Source: Selaginella moellendorffii (taxonomy: Eukaryota; Plantae; Lycopodiophyta). Taken from it: DNA of 64,000 bases. A program made the translations under genes and the position numbers. Shown one piece after another: positions 39,298 through 53,045 of this stretch. Numbering within the stretch: position 1 is the first letter of the stretch; each line of letters begins with the position of its first letter. The notes below the pieces were generated by a model. The model made no database searches and was not told the DNA's origin. It was given only the letters and a program-made list of their open reading frames with translations. The DNA lies in contig NW_003314335.1 in NCBI RefSeq assembly GCF_000143415.4, positions 712,113 through 776,112 on the forward strand, written 5' to 3'.

Positions 39298-40441
39298 CGT
39301 TGTCGTCCAGTGTGTAATCCGTATAGAGCACTCACCACTTCGATTGTGGCGAGTACTCTTGTGGAGCAGGACAGGAAAACCTAAGAAGAGCCTACGGAAA
39401 TGCTAGAGAACTTTAAAGGTTAAATAATAAAAATCTCTGTTGACAAAAGTATGGACAAAGCTTTATTGCCTCCACCAGAGAGCTTCCCACAGCCACAAGT
39501 ACCTGTAGTTCTAAGTTATCATGTTCCGTCACCATACTAGCCACGAGCTCCATATCAGAAGAATACAACACAGTAGTATGCACCAACAAGTATATGCTGG
39601 CTGCGTGATTGGAATTGGAGTGCATAGAACAGGGAATGTGGCTTAAGCGTTAGGTCTCCATTTGGCCATGGAGAAAATCAGCTAAGCCGAAAAGTGTGGC
39701 GCTGATCGAGCAGCTCGGCTTGAAATCGGTGAGTTCTGCTAGTTTAAACAAAACTGGTACTTAAAATTATAAACTCAACTGATTACTCAACGCATAAACA
39801 AGATTTGCCTTTAATCTTCTTTTAATTATATCATTATTAACTATCGCTAATGTAGCATTTAATACTAGATATTCTAGGAATATTTTGTACACAAAAATTA
39901 AAATAAATAAAAAATTGTTCTACCTTCCTTTTATACTAGCTAGCTCCGCACTACAAAAGAAACATGAGACTCACTAAAACAACAATGCAGAGAACTCTGC
40001 TGCCAACCTCATGTGCGTTGTTAATTAAAGGGGGACATTCACAGTGCAACAAAAACGCTCAAGGATCAAGCGCCAGTAAGCTGCGCTGCTCTCAGAGAAG
40101 TAACTGAATCATTCACTTTCCTCCGTCTTTTCTTGAAAATCTCAGGCTGGCTGCACAACATGTCGTTAAAATAGCGAATAAAACTGTGACAAAAAGTGCA
40201 CCTGTGGCCATCAGTACTGTCCTCAGCACTTCTTCTGCACACAAAAGAGGGCTGCATTAACACTGTTATGAACAAAAAGTTAAATTACCTTCGGTGGTGG
40301 GCACCCCTCTTGCTCTTGGAAACCTGCCTCACCAAGACACCCGTAGTTGGCAACAACCATGCCAATACGAGCCTCCGTGTTGCCTTCATCGCCTCCCCTC
40401 CATTCTCCATGAACAAGACAACTGCAAGTCAAGACTGGTAA

Positions 40442-40658
40442 TGTTATGAGCTATTCTTGGCTCATAACTAGTACGGATGCGGGACGACAGGGGATCCATA
40501 CGAGACATATATGGTCCGACTGGCGCAAAGCGGGAGGGTAGGTTTTCGTTGTTCTCTTCTTCTTCTTCCAGGCCTTGAGCCTTTTCTCTTCTCTTGTTTC
40601 TCATGTGAATCACTCATTAATGGATCACATCCTTTTTGATTGGATTCTCATCCTAACA
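40442..40658 (+). repeat. 5' LTR of Gypsy element 1 (217 bp)
   Basis: TGTTA/TAACA termini immediately upstream of the tRNA-iMet PBS. Confidence 0.75.
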
Positions 40659-43600
40659 TTTGGTATCAGAGCATTGATCAGGACCTTGGCAAAGATCATT
40701 CGGGATATCGCATCGTGGGAGAGAGGTTTGGTCCACGTCCTTAGCTCCACGGCATTCGCCCGATCTAGGGTACAGCTGTCTCAGCAGGGCATCCGACAGG
40801 AGGTGTTTGCGGCGGCGATCATTTACCCTAGGCTGCCGTGGGCGATCTGGGCTTGGGCGAGAGCAAGGCGCCAGAAAGAAGCAATGCCACCATGGAACAA
40901 AGGAAAAAAAGAGGTGAAATCTTCCCCGTCAGCCGATGGAGAATCCAGCAATGTTGAGGTGGTCGATCCAGTGAATTCTCCACAGGTAGTGCCTAAGCCG
41001 GTTGGTGAGTTGAGGGAGGTGTTGCAGTCTTTCATGCAACGCTATGTGACGAATCATCAGCAGGACTTGGAGAGGTTCCAACAATTGCAGCATACCTTGG
41101 CCATCATCGAGCACAATCAGGCCACTATGGGTGGCAAGATAGAGGAGCTGGGGGAGCAGCAGCGGGTTTTGACAGAGAAGCAAGAACAGATGGGGTCTAG
41201 GGTCAAGGATCGAGGAGACCCTGATCTGAAAGACATTGTGCACCGGTTTTCTGACGAAGATTGGTTCCAAGATTCGAGTCCTGAATTACCCCCAACAGGT
41301 GATCGACCTTGGTATGATGACTTGCTGGAGAAGATGAAGTCACCAGTTCCAGAAGGAGGGGCCAAGGGGATACTCGGGAGGGGTCCAGGGATGGGGTCAC
41401 GGTGGCAGGATCGGGAGAAGCTCAATATACTGGAGTACGATGGCTCAAATGATCGGCTAAGACTTCAAGATTGGCTCCGCAAGCTGGAGTGGTGTTTTGT
41501 GTGGCAAGATACCAAGGGAGTGGATAAGGTTCCCTTTGCATCAATCTTCTTGAAGGATCTGGCATCTGAGTGGTTTCATAACTTGGAACGAGCTCGCATA
41601 TTTCTGGACTGGGAACAGTTCAAAGTCTTGATCACAGACACTTTCATCCTGACCCCAGTTTTGGAGCTGCCCTTCAACAAGTTGTGCGACCTTCGCTATG
41701 ATTGGCAACATCAAACTCTCCAGGCATTCAATACAGGATGGTTACGGGCCAGATATGAGGTAGTGGGAGTTTCAGACGAGATTTTGGCCCAGCGTTACGT
41801 AGCAGCGCTGCCCTCATCAATGGCAGGTGATGTTGCTCAAACCAAACCAGTTTCTGTGCGTCAGGCAATGGTGGCAGCATTGAATGCAGACCAGCGGTTT
41901 CGTGAATGGGAGTCTCGATTGCGTCGTCCTGATATAAGCAGGCTTCATCGTCAGGATTTCCCAGCTGCATCACCGACCCCTACGCCGACAGTGTTGCCGA
42001 CAGTGAACAGTGATAAGGAACGCAAGCCTTGGCGAGATCTATCCACTCAGGAACGGGCCAAACGCTCAGAGGATTTGAAGCTAGGCAAATGCTTTGATTG
42101 TGGGCAGAAATGGACTCGAGGCCACCATTTGGTTTGCCCATCTCGGAAGGGTGCTACAGTTCCCAAGGCAAAGGTGGCGATGCTACATTTTTGCGAGGCT
42201 GCTTCTGGGGAATTTGTTCCAGTCGACATGGACACGGTTGATGAGAGTGAGGAGATCTTTGTTTGGGAATCAGGGAACAACAGCCCGGGCTTGGAGGACC
42301 CGGACAGCTCAGGTGGCAAGGCATTTATCTCCTGCTCAGCATATTTTGGAAAGACTGGTCCGCAGTGTTTCCGGGTGCGGGGAACAATTAATGGCAGAGT
42401 GGCATTCGGCCTGGTTGACTCTGGCGCCTCACACACGTTTGTGAATCGGCGGAGTTTATCACAGCTGAAGCTCCTTCCGTTGCATACCAACAATCTTTTG
42501 AATGTCGAGATTGCGGATGGAGGGATGGTGGAATCATCTCAAGTGGTGGATTGTGCATTTGTGGTTGGGGAGTACACAGTGAAGGGTTGGTTCCATGTGC
42601 TGGATATGGGTGCAGTGGACGTAGTCATCGGGGTGGAGACTCTCCAACAGCTTGGGGATATCATGGTGAACTTCCAGGAGCAACCATGATAACGTCTCAG
42701 CTTCAATAACAACGGCAAGAGGGTCACTTGGGCGGGTATCGAGGTTCCCCAGGACTGCTCAACAGTGTCTTACGCCCAGTGTGCTCGGATGTGTGGGAAG
42801 GGCGCAATCGCCGTACCAGTTGAAGCTGGAGACCAAACAGAAAGGTTGCAAAAGGTTGAGAGAGATGAGATGATGCAGTGCAGAGTGGCTGATAGCAAGA
42901 ATTCAGTCGCTCAGCAGGAGGAGTTTCATGAGCTTCAACAAGATATTCTCAGGTTGATGATTCCAGGGGATTTGCGTGAGGTTCTCCTCCGTCATCTACC
43001 AGTTTTCAGACACCAAGTTTCTTTGTTGGTGTCATCTAGAACAGGTGTGGAACATTCCATTGTTCTAGAGGGCAACTCCATTCCAGTTACTCGTCCATTT
43101 TTGAGATTATCACGGGAGGAATGTCAAGAGGTTGACAGGATGACAGATGAGCTTCTCCAGCAGGGACTGATAGAGCCGAGTTCTAGTCCATTTGCGGCTC
43201 CCATTTTGCTGGTTCTGAAAAAAGATGGTGGTTGGCGACTGTGTGTGGACTACAGAGCACTGAACAGAATCACAGTCAAAAACAGGTTTCCTATTCCGAG
43301 GGTGGAGGAATTGATGGATGAGCTTGGGGGAGCCTGTTTCTTCACAAAGCTGGATTTGAGATCGGGGTATTATCAAATCAATGTGGTGGAACGTGATCGT
43401 CACAAAACTGCATTCAGGACACACAGGGGTCTTTTCCAGTTTAAGGTGATGCCCTTTGGGCTCACTAATGCACCAGCCACATTTCAAGCTGCCATGAACA
43501 AGGTGTTGGGACGGTTCTTGTTCAACTTTGTGGTGGTGTTCTTCGATGACATCTTGATCTTCAGCCGAACTTGGAAGCTGCACCTCAATCACGTGGAACA

Positions 43601-46600
43601 GGTACTGCAAGCGTTGGAGGAAGCAGGAATGGTGTGCAAGCTCGCAAAGTGTTCTTTTGGTGCTGTGGAAGTGGACTACCTGGGATTTAAGGTGGCTGAG
43701 GGACAGGTGATGGCGGATCCAAACAAGTTAGAGGCTGTTGCTGACTGGCCGATACCACAAACCATGAAACAGCTTCGGGCCTTCTTGGGATTTGCCAACT
43801 ATTTGCGGAAGTTTGTTAAGCATTTTGCTTCAGTAGCTGCTCCTCTCACAGATCTCCTCAGGTCGACACAATTCTGTTGGGATGTTAGGGCCCAGCAGGC
43901 GTTCATGAATCTCAAGCAATGAATTGTGGAGGCTCTGGTTCTGGTGTTGCCAGATTTTTCAAAGGAATTCACAGTAGACTAATGCATCAGACCAAGGAGT
44001 GGGAGGAGTTTTACTCCAGCAGCATGGCATTGTTGCTTTTGAGAGCCGCCGGTTTACGGAGATTGAATCCAGAGCTCCAGTATACGAACAGGAAATGGCA
44101 GGTGTTATGCATGCTGTTCGTCGATGGAAGCATTATTTGGCTTTCCGTCATTTTCGGCTTCACACTGATCATGTGAGCATTCGGTTTTTGCTCACTCAAC
44201 CCCACCTCAACAAGAAGCAGATGCGTTGGGTGGACGAACTTCAAGCCTTTGACTTCACTATCGAGTATCGACCAGGTGCTTCCAATGTACTTCAGATGCT
44301 CTTTCACGGAAGTTTGCACGCACCGAGGAGTCAGCTCTCTATGGGATTTCTCGCCTGCAACCGGAGTACGTAGAGCAGATTCGGGAGGGGTACGCACAAG
44401 ATGTGGCCCTTCAACAGATTCTAGAGCAGCTTCAGAATGGGGAGCAGCATCCCAAGCTAGTCCTCATTGATGGCATTCTCTGGTCAAAGGGACGGGTGTT
44501 TCTCAACAACAAGCATCCATTGCGACAAGAAATTTTCCGTGAGTGTCATCAGGGAATTCTTGCTGGACATCCCGGGGTGGCAGCAACATTGGCGGCAATC
44601 AAGCTTCACTTTGTTTGGAAAGGCATGCAGCGAGAAGTGAAGGCGTGGATTCAAGAATGTCCGGTATGTCAGGTGGTAAAGACAGAGACAGTGGCTTCTC
44701 CAGGTCTTCTCCAGCCATTACCAGTTGCAGATGGTCCCTTTACTAGCATTTCCATGGACTTTGTGGGGGGTCTGCCTCGTTGCCAAGGAAAAGACATGAT
44801 AATGGTGGTGGTTGACCGTTTCAGCAAGACAGCTCGGTTTCTGCCAACGACAAGTTCAGTGTCTGCAGCAGGGATAGCCGAGTTGTTTTCTCGAGAAGTG
44901 ATTTGCTTCCATGGTCTGCCTCGGGAGATTGTTTCTGACCGGGATCCGAAGTTCCTCAGCTTGTTCTAGCGTCACCTTTTTTCAGCTCTTGGGACCAAGC
45001 TCAGCTTCAGTTCAGCGTATCATCCCCAATCGGATGGGCAGACAGAACGAACCAACCAGACAATGGAGGTATTTCTCAGAGGTTACACACTAGATCGTCT
45101 TACATCATGGCTGCACTGGCTCCCATATGCAGAATTTGCATATAATTCGGCCTGTCATTTTGCTACAGGGTTTGCTCCTTTGGAGATTCTCTATGGGCGT
45201 CGAATCCTATGTTGGCCAGCTCCCGCACTTCCGGTCCCAGAGGTGACAGTTTCTGGACATCTAGAGACCATTCGGGAGTTGCATCAACAAGTTCATAGCA
45301 GGTTGGAGGCAGCTCGTGCAACCATGAAACTTCAAGCTGACAAGCATCGGAGTTTTCGAACATTCACTATTGGCGACCTGGTGTACATCAAGTTCCGACC
45401 CCATCGTCACACTCTAGGCTGTCGAGCGGGCTCTCGATCCAAGCTGACTCAATGCAAGCTCTATTTCGTTAAAGTGGGATTTATTCAGTAAAATGGGACT
45501 AGGTACAAATTTTCAAGTATTTGAAAATGACGTGAAATTATATGTTTTTTGTCCAGGGGCTAGACATATCTGGGGCATGGTGACTAGCGCGGTGACTTTA
45601 TGTCCAAACTGAGTCCATCTGGTTGTATAATAAATCTCATTGTCAAGGTGAACAAGCCGAATCTAAAGCTAAAGAAGAGTGATGGCATGCGCGCACACAC
45701 TATTTGTTTGTTCATTGAGCGTGTGGTGAGCTTTCCAAGATGAACGTCATTCCTATTAGCCAGACTTATAACTTAATGGTGAGAACATTTAGATATTATT
45801 CAATGTTATCTTTTTCTAACGAATCTAATTGTGAAGGTGTAGCAAGAGGCATTGCTAGTCTGGAGAAGTCATTTAACTCATTTGACCCTTAGTGTATTTT
45901 CATGAAACTAAATAACATTCATATTATTAAGGAATTTCTCTAGTACCTTTTTTTTACGACATAGAGGCTTGCATTTCTTTCAAAGGTGATTTAGTAAAAG
46001 GCCTGAGGGCACATGCCATTCTATTTCTCAGACCGGTATTAAGATATACTAGTGCAAAGGGAAAAAGGTATTTGGTGATCAAGTAAATGGCATGAGGGCA
46101 CACGCCATTATAAGCCTAAGCGCTAGTGGACACCTCCTTTTTGGTACTCTCAGCGGTACTATCATCCTTCTCCGGGTCAGTTGTTTTGCTTTGGATTGTT
46201 GTCTCTGACGTTACTGGGGCGTTCTCGATAGTTGTTAATGTTGCCGTTTGTTCAGAAAAATGATCACCTGGAGTATAGTACGGGGAGTTTGGAAGACTTA
46301 TATATTCTACATCTTCAGTTATCTCCTTCTCCGTCTCCTTTTCTGCCTCACTTACAGATTTTGTGCTTGCCATGAGAACGCTCTTCACCCTAAAATATGG
46401 AGTTCGTTGTGTTATAAAAGGAAACCAACACACACACTGCAAGGGAATGATGGTACATAAAGCACGTAAGCCCACAATATGGGTTTATGTGCCATTAATA
46501 TGGGCCACACGCCATATTATTAGATTTATGCATGTGTGATTGGTAAATGCATATGTCACATCATCTTTGTTTTACCTCACACACTATATCAGGCCTAATG

Positions 46601-47011
46601 AACCATATCACATGTGCGCACATGCTATATATATGGAGAAGTATTATGCAAGGATAGAAATTCAATGCATGATTGTGAAGAGCAATGGCATGAAGCCACA
46701 TGCTAAATAACATTTTAGAGAAAGAATTAAAATAAAAACATGCAAACAGTACTAAGTGGACCAAGACTTAGAAGTGCACAATTGAATGAGGTATTTCTAA
46801 TAAATACTTCACTCACCTCATATAGGAATGGCTACCACTCTCAAATGGCATATCGCCTCATGCCATCACCTCGCAATTTGTTATAACAATCCGATGAATT
46901 CATATTCGGCTTGTTCACCTTGAACTTTAAGTAAGATTTGCTAGAACAACTAAGAATTTATACTTGTTATTTGTATCATCTCACCTAGGAATGGCGTAAG
47001 GCCACATGCCA

Positions 47012-50000
47012 TCACGCCTCCTCTGATTCAGATTCGAATTGTTCACCTTGAAATAAAATACATTAGAAACTTAGTAATGGAATATTCATGAATCTCACCT
47101 TGAACCCGGGTTATGAATGCTCTTGCTACATCTCTTGCATGGTCTGGCAAGGTGATGGTGGCACTCTGCTTCCGCATCCAACCATGCACAACATTATCCA
47201 CCGATATGCTCATGCTGGGATCCCTTGGATTCAGCACCCATCTCTTTTCTAGGCAATCCTTCGTATATCCGGAACTTGGCTTGAACCACTCCACAGTTAC
47301 ATTGAAGGAGTTAGTTTCCGCATCCTCCTCTGCATCAGTGATGCAGCGCCCCACCCATATCATTTGTTTTTTATTACTGGGTCTGACAAGCACGACCATT
47401 CCTTTGCAGACCTGTACTGGATTGAATGCTGAATCCGGCTTCTTGTTCCTCGGCCCACAATAGTGATCCTCAACATCGTTATCTGTCACTGCATTTCCAG
47501 AGGACATTGTTCCGCTACTATCTGGTGCTCTGGGTTCTGGCCAAAATGACTCTTCCAATTCTTCATATACAACCGGCCCATTTTGGATAGCAGATATAAT
47601 CTTCTCCCAGTATTCGAGCAAAGGCTTGCACCTCTGAAAATAGGATTCTCCACCAAACACCAACCCCCTCTTCCAGAAGGCAATATGCTGTCTAATCCCG
47701 GCCACTATACTTTCCTGGTCTTTGAGTCCATCTGGGTGCATCGGCCGTGGGGAACCCTGAGGAATCATAGGTTCCCCAGTTATGGGATCTCTCTTGAAGA
47801 GTTCAATGCCGTCCACTGGCAGCCACACTGTGTCCCATTCTCTCATCTTGTATCTCATTACTGGAGCACCGTCACACATACTGAAATGAAGCTGAAGAGG
47901 CTTGGAGTGGCCAATCAGCGTTTCAGATCCGTCCTTGATGTAGCCTCTTACAAACCCCTTAAAGTCTGGAACCTCTGTCAGAAGTGCAGCTTCAATAGTG
48001 CCTTTGATGCAATTTTGGAATTCATCGTAGAGTTGTGGGAGGGTGAGGACATTGGATCGCCGGAGGGACTCTGCCAGGTGACTGAACATGGCATCAACGT
48101 CTTCATGAGTGTGCCCAACCATGAGAAAGCCAAGTGTAACCGTTTCAAATATGCCTTTGGCAACAAGCATCGCCAAGTACGCGAAGACGTACATGTTTTT
48201 GTTCTCACTGCCAGCATTGTCTGTTTGGAGCAGAAGATGGGGTGGAAGGCCACATCGGCCGCAAGAACTTCCTTGAGATTCTACTTCGTTTGGATGAGGC
48301 TGTGCATTCACCGGGTGACCAGCCTCGTCGGAATGGCATGAGGCCTCACGTGATAACCCTACAATCTGACGGCCAACATATTCACTGGGATGGCATGGGG
48401 CCCCACGCGATACTGCAAGCCTTTGCTCCTCCTCCAGCTGAACCCTGTATGGGGTTCGATCGACAAGGGCCTTATGCAAGGGTTGGCCGTTCAGCTCAGT
48501 CTGCGCACTTTGCAGAGACCTTAAGTGTTTTGCTAGGGACGCAATCATCATGTTCGCACCCCCGCCACCCCATAGAGGTACAAAGAAGTTCCCATAGTTC
48601 TGGGCACCATGCCCATGAGCGATTATGCCAAACAGAGACACAGGCAGTTGCATGGATGAAGAGATTGCCTTGGGGGCAGGATTGAGTCGAGGTAAGCACG
48701 TCTTTTTCTGGTCCATTTTGTCGTGGATGATGCAGAGGTAAGAGTCAGGTCTCTCCATGGAGAGAATCTTGTTATGATAATATGCAGTCCTGCAGCTTCT
48801 CTGCTCGATGTTGTGGTCGAGCCGCCTTCTAACCAACGTCTCTCGCTCTTGAGCGGTGCAAGAATTCTTCGACAAAGCCATTTTGATAGCAGTGCACTCG
48901 TCACACTTTGAAAAGTTGGAGTACTTTCCTATACTCACATCCCTGAACCCGTTGCTCCACAATCTACTAAATCTAGATTGGCTCAGCTTCCTGTAGCCAT
49001 TACTCTGGAGTTCCCGATTCACATCTTCCAATATGGCCCCCTTGGTATACATGGAAGGGAGAACTCGTTGGGTGTCTCGTGTTCCATCTTCCAAGAGGCG
49101 GGTTTTATGTGGTTGCTGCTCGCTACATGTTTCGACAAACCTCTTGAAGATTGCCTCTCCATATACAACATGACCCCTGGTTTTGTGCGCACCGTCGTTC
49201 CCATGGACTGCCTGTTGAACCCTTTGTTCCTCGAACTCAGTTTTGATTCTGTAGAATGTGGTTCGAGGGACTCCATAAATGATTCTCTATGCCTTCATGC
49301 AGACCAAACCCTTCTGGAAGACCATGCCCCCCACCTGATATTCTGAAGCATCAACAGATGACCGTAATGCCTCATACACAAAATTGCGAGCTGCCTTCCA
49401 GGACAATGTCTTGTATCTTGCTCTCTCCTCTTCAATAGCATCCCAATCAGCATGTTGACAGCACCTCCTCTTGCAACAAGCAACTGTCGAGACCATTCGA
49501 ACCTCCATCGCCATTTTCTGCTTTTTCGGTTCGTTGCTTAGATCCCTTTGGCTGCGCTTTAGGAAGGTGTACTTTCTTTTCCCATGAAGAGATGTTCTGT
49601 CATCAGTTGTAGTGGTGTTTGATTGTGAATCCTTCACATTCTCAAACACTAAGTGCCTCAATTTCCACCGCACAATGCTTCCAATAGTCAGACTGTTTTC
49701 TTTTGTGTCAACAACCTCTAAAATCGCAACTCCAATATCATCCCAGCCCAATTCTTGATTAGCAACCGCATCTCTTGGATCGACAACTGTGGCTAAGCCC
49801 TCAGCTACCACCTCCCCTTCGGGGTTGTTTAGAAACACCTTCGCCTGAATCCATGTAGCACGGTTCTTAAGATCCACGGAGGGAACATGCGTCGCACTTG
49901 CGCTGTCCCCAACATCTGCTTTCTTCTGAAGATTTTTCAAGGCAACAACAACATTTACCCCGACGACCATCTCTCCTCGTTCAATAGCGACCACATTCCC

Positions 50001-50153
50001 ATCGAAGACAGTCTCTACTGATACAGCAGCATTGCCTTCCCCAAGCTTTTGACAGTGTATAACAAAGTTCCAATCCATAGACACAAGGGTCCCTTTTGCA
50101 ACTCTCTTCCCACCATTCAAAATGTAAACCTTTTCCCCAACCCTGAAGGCCAT
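47012..50153 (-). pseudogene. ~1030-aa DDD/E transposase (Sola-like), one premature stop at 49287
   Basis: ORFs 49287-50153 and 47043-49094 are in the same frame and open between them; FSKCDEC, HDKMDQ, QTDNAGSENKN, FLMVGHTHEDVDAMFS; probable small terminal exon GEQFESESEEA*. Confidence 0.8.
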
Positions 50154-53045
50154 TCTGAAAGTGCAGAAAAGAAGTTAAGACCATAAAAAAAATGATTGGA
50201 GAATGGCCTAAATCATAACATACCAAACAACCTCAATAGCATGAGGCCGCCATTATTCAAACATGCTATTGACACCCACGTGAAATTTCGCATTCACAAA
50301 ATTGGCATGAGGCCTCATGCCATCTTGATATACACACAGCTGCAGGCAAGTAAAAACATACATGACAATACGCTAGCCATGAAATTGCAAGGGCCCAAGA
50401 TGGCATGTGGCCTCATGCCATTTCTAAATGTGGTCCTAAGCCATTCCATGGTGAACATACCAGGAAGCACAAGTGCCGAATATCAAGAGGAAGCGGTAGC
50501 CACACCAAAGACAGTGCCACTCGCAACACCGCAACTACTTGTAGTGCCGCTCGCAACACCGCAACTGCTCGTAGCGCCGCTCGCACAAACTGCCACTCGC
50601 ATAAACTGCCGCTCGCAATGGCGCTCGCAATGCCGCAACCGCTCGTAGACGCATAAACCACAGCCCACAACGCCGCTTACACAAGCAGCGCTCACTGCGC
50701 TCAGTGGAACCAAGAACACGGCGCACAAAAATGATAGACCTAGGAATGAGTTCGAGAATTCAAAAATAACACACGCTTGAACGTCACATAAAATCCTCTG
50801 ACAAACCAGATCTTATGATTCCTTTGACAAATTTCAAACTGAGTAGCTTCTAGACTTTGCTGTCAGAGGTTGAACTTTGTCACATCATGTCCTTGCCTCG
50901 ATCCAGCTGTGCCATGTCAGTGATTCGAACTTTGCCATGCCATGTCAGCGATTCGCGCCAAGATTATTCGCCGTGTAAAGGAATAATTATGCTGTGTGTG
51001 TACGTCCATTTATGGCAATATAAGGCCACACGCCATTCAAAGAATAATGCTAGTCGAGCATTTTTTGGTGCATTTTTGGGTTCAAAATTGCATGAGCCCA
51101 CACGCTATAAAGTTTACCTGTACCAAAAATAGAAACAGCTTTATTTACTTGGGAATTTAAGTGGTTGAGGCATTTTTAAACTTACAAACACATGCCCTAC
51201 TTACATTCCTTTGGTTGCTTAAAATTCAAAAATATTATAAACCTTTCTTTTTGCATTTTCAATGTTTTCAATTATGGTTTTTGATTTTCGCAGGACCAGC
51301 CTAGTAATCTATTTGCATCCCGTCATGTTTATAGCTAGCTTTTGTTTGTCCCCTTCGCTAGCCTGAGATACATCTGCTCGGCATTTGCCTCTTACAGCAT
51401 TTGCCCAGAAAGGGCATCTTTCTTCACGCAGCATTTGCCACATGTTTAGGGTTTAGGGTTTAGCAATTCAGTAGCTTGATAAACATGCAAATACAGAACT
51501 TGATGCAAAATCCTTTGATATATCACAATGCCCCTAGGACCATAACACATTTCAATAGAGAGGGTCCTTTCATTTCATAACTCCTTACGTAGATCTTGGT
51601 GAAACCAGAGTTAGTGAAGTTAGTTTCTTGTGATCCCACATCTGATTGTGATGTCCCTTTGCAGTGTCGATGGAAAGGTCAATGCACACCAAACTGTAAA
51701 ATCTTGGAGCAAAATAACGGTCGGATCTATGGCAAATGCCCCTGAAACATTGTAAGGCTCGTGTGGTCTCATGTGGTGTCCGATCGAGATGCTTCTTTGC
51801 AGAGTCATCAAGAAAGACATTGTATACCATTCTGTAAAATCTAGTTGCGATCTAACGGTTGGATCTCCAGAAAACTCAAAAAAATCTCGCGCATGTTAGA
51901 ATATCCTAGGAATATACTCCTATGTGCCCCTGAAAATGGCATGCGGCCCCACGCCATTCAAGAGATAACGCCAGATGACGCCGAGAATTTTTTGGTGCAT
52001 TTTTTGGGTTCAAAATTGCATGAGCCCACACGCTATAAAGTTTATCTTTGCCAAATAGAGAAAAGTTTATCTGTGTCATGTGAGGTAGTTACAGTCCTTT
52101 GTGCTCGACATCTGCCTCTTGCAGCATTTGCACTGAAAGGGAATTTTTCTCCATTTAGCATTTGGCCTTAAAACTGGCATGCGCCCACACGCCATTCAAG
52201 GAATAACGCCACAGGAGGCCTGGATTTTTGGGTTTAAAATGTTTAGGGTTTTTTGGGTTTTTTCAAAATATTTTGGGTCCAACGTTTTTTGGGTTTCTTT
52301 GCTTCAAAATTGCATGAGCCCACACGCTATAATATTGATTTGAGAGAAAAATAGAAATAGATAGAATTTCTTTATTTAGCTGAACATCTGCCATTTTTGG
52401 AAATACAAGATGCTTTGGAATATCCAATCATGCATGGTATAAATATAGCGAGGGTATTAAATGATATCCCAATCATGATCTTTCTTTTGGATTTCGCGTG
52501 CATGCAGTCCGAGGAATGATGACGTTGCGGATTTCTTTTGGATTTTGCGTGCTTGCATGTGCGCGGCAATCCAGAAATTAATGGTGGCGCCCAAGTCCGA
52601 GGAATGATGACGTGGTGGGATTACCAACCGTTGTGACATTTCGCGCGTGTGAGGTTAGGTTTTGCATTTTGCTTCGTACTCGCGCTCGCGCTCGCATCAC
52701 ACTCGCGCTCCCGCTCGCATCGCGCTCCCACTCGCGATCACGCTCACTTCTCTACAGGTTTCTCGTGTGCATCGGCGTCCACTCGCGCTTGCATCACACT
52801 CGCGCTCGCATCGCGCTCGTGTGCATCGGCGTCCACTTCAAGACACACCCAGTTTGTAACTTCGCCGCCAACTCCGCCGCTCACTCCGCCACCCACACGC
52901 AGCCCACTTGGCGTCCTGGGAGATTTCAGCGCCACTCTCCAACTGTAAGTGGCAGAGTAGCCTTGCTGCTACGATCCGCTGCACACACAGTGCACATTCG
53001 CCAGCGAGTCCAGCCTCGATTGTCACAGCCTCCATTCGGCTTCAA

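Noticed and set aside
39400-40440. Short ORFs upstream of the Gypsy LTR
   Set aside because: Possibly exons of a disrupted gene, but no family could be supported.
46116-46475. 119-aa ORF in the left subterminal region of the DNA element
   Set aside because: Low-complexity Thr/Glu-rich sequence with no motif; insufficient support for a third gene.
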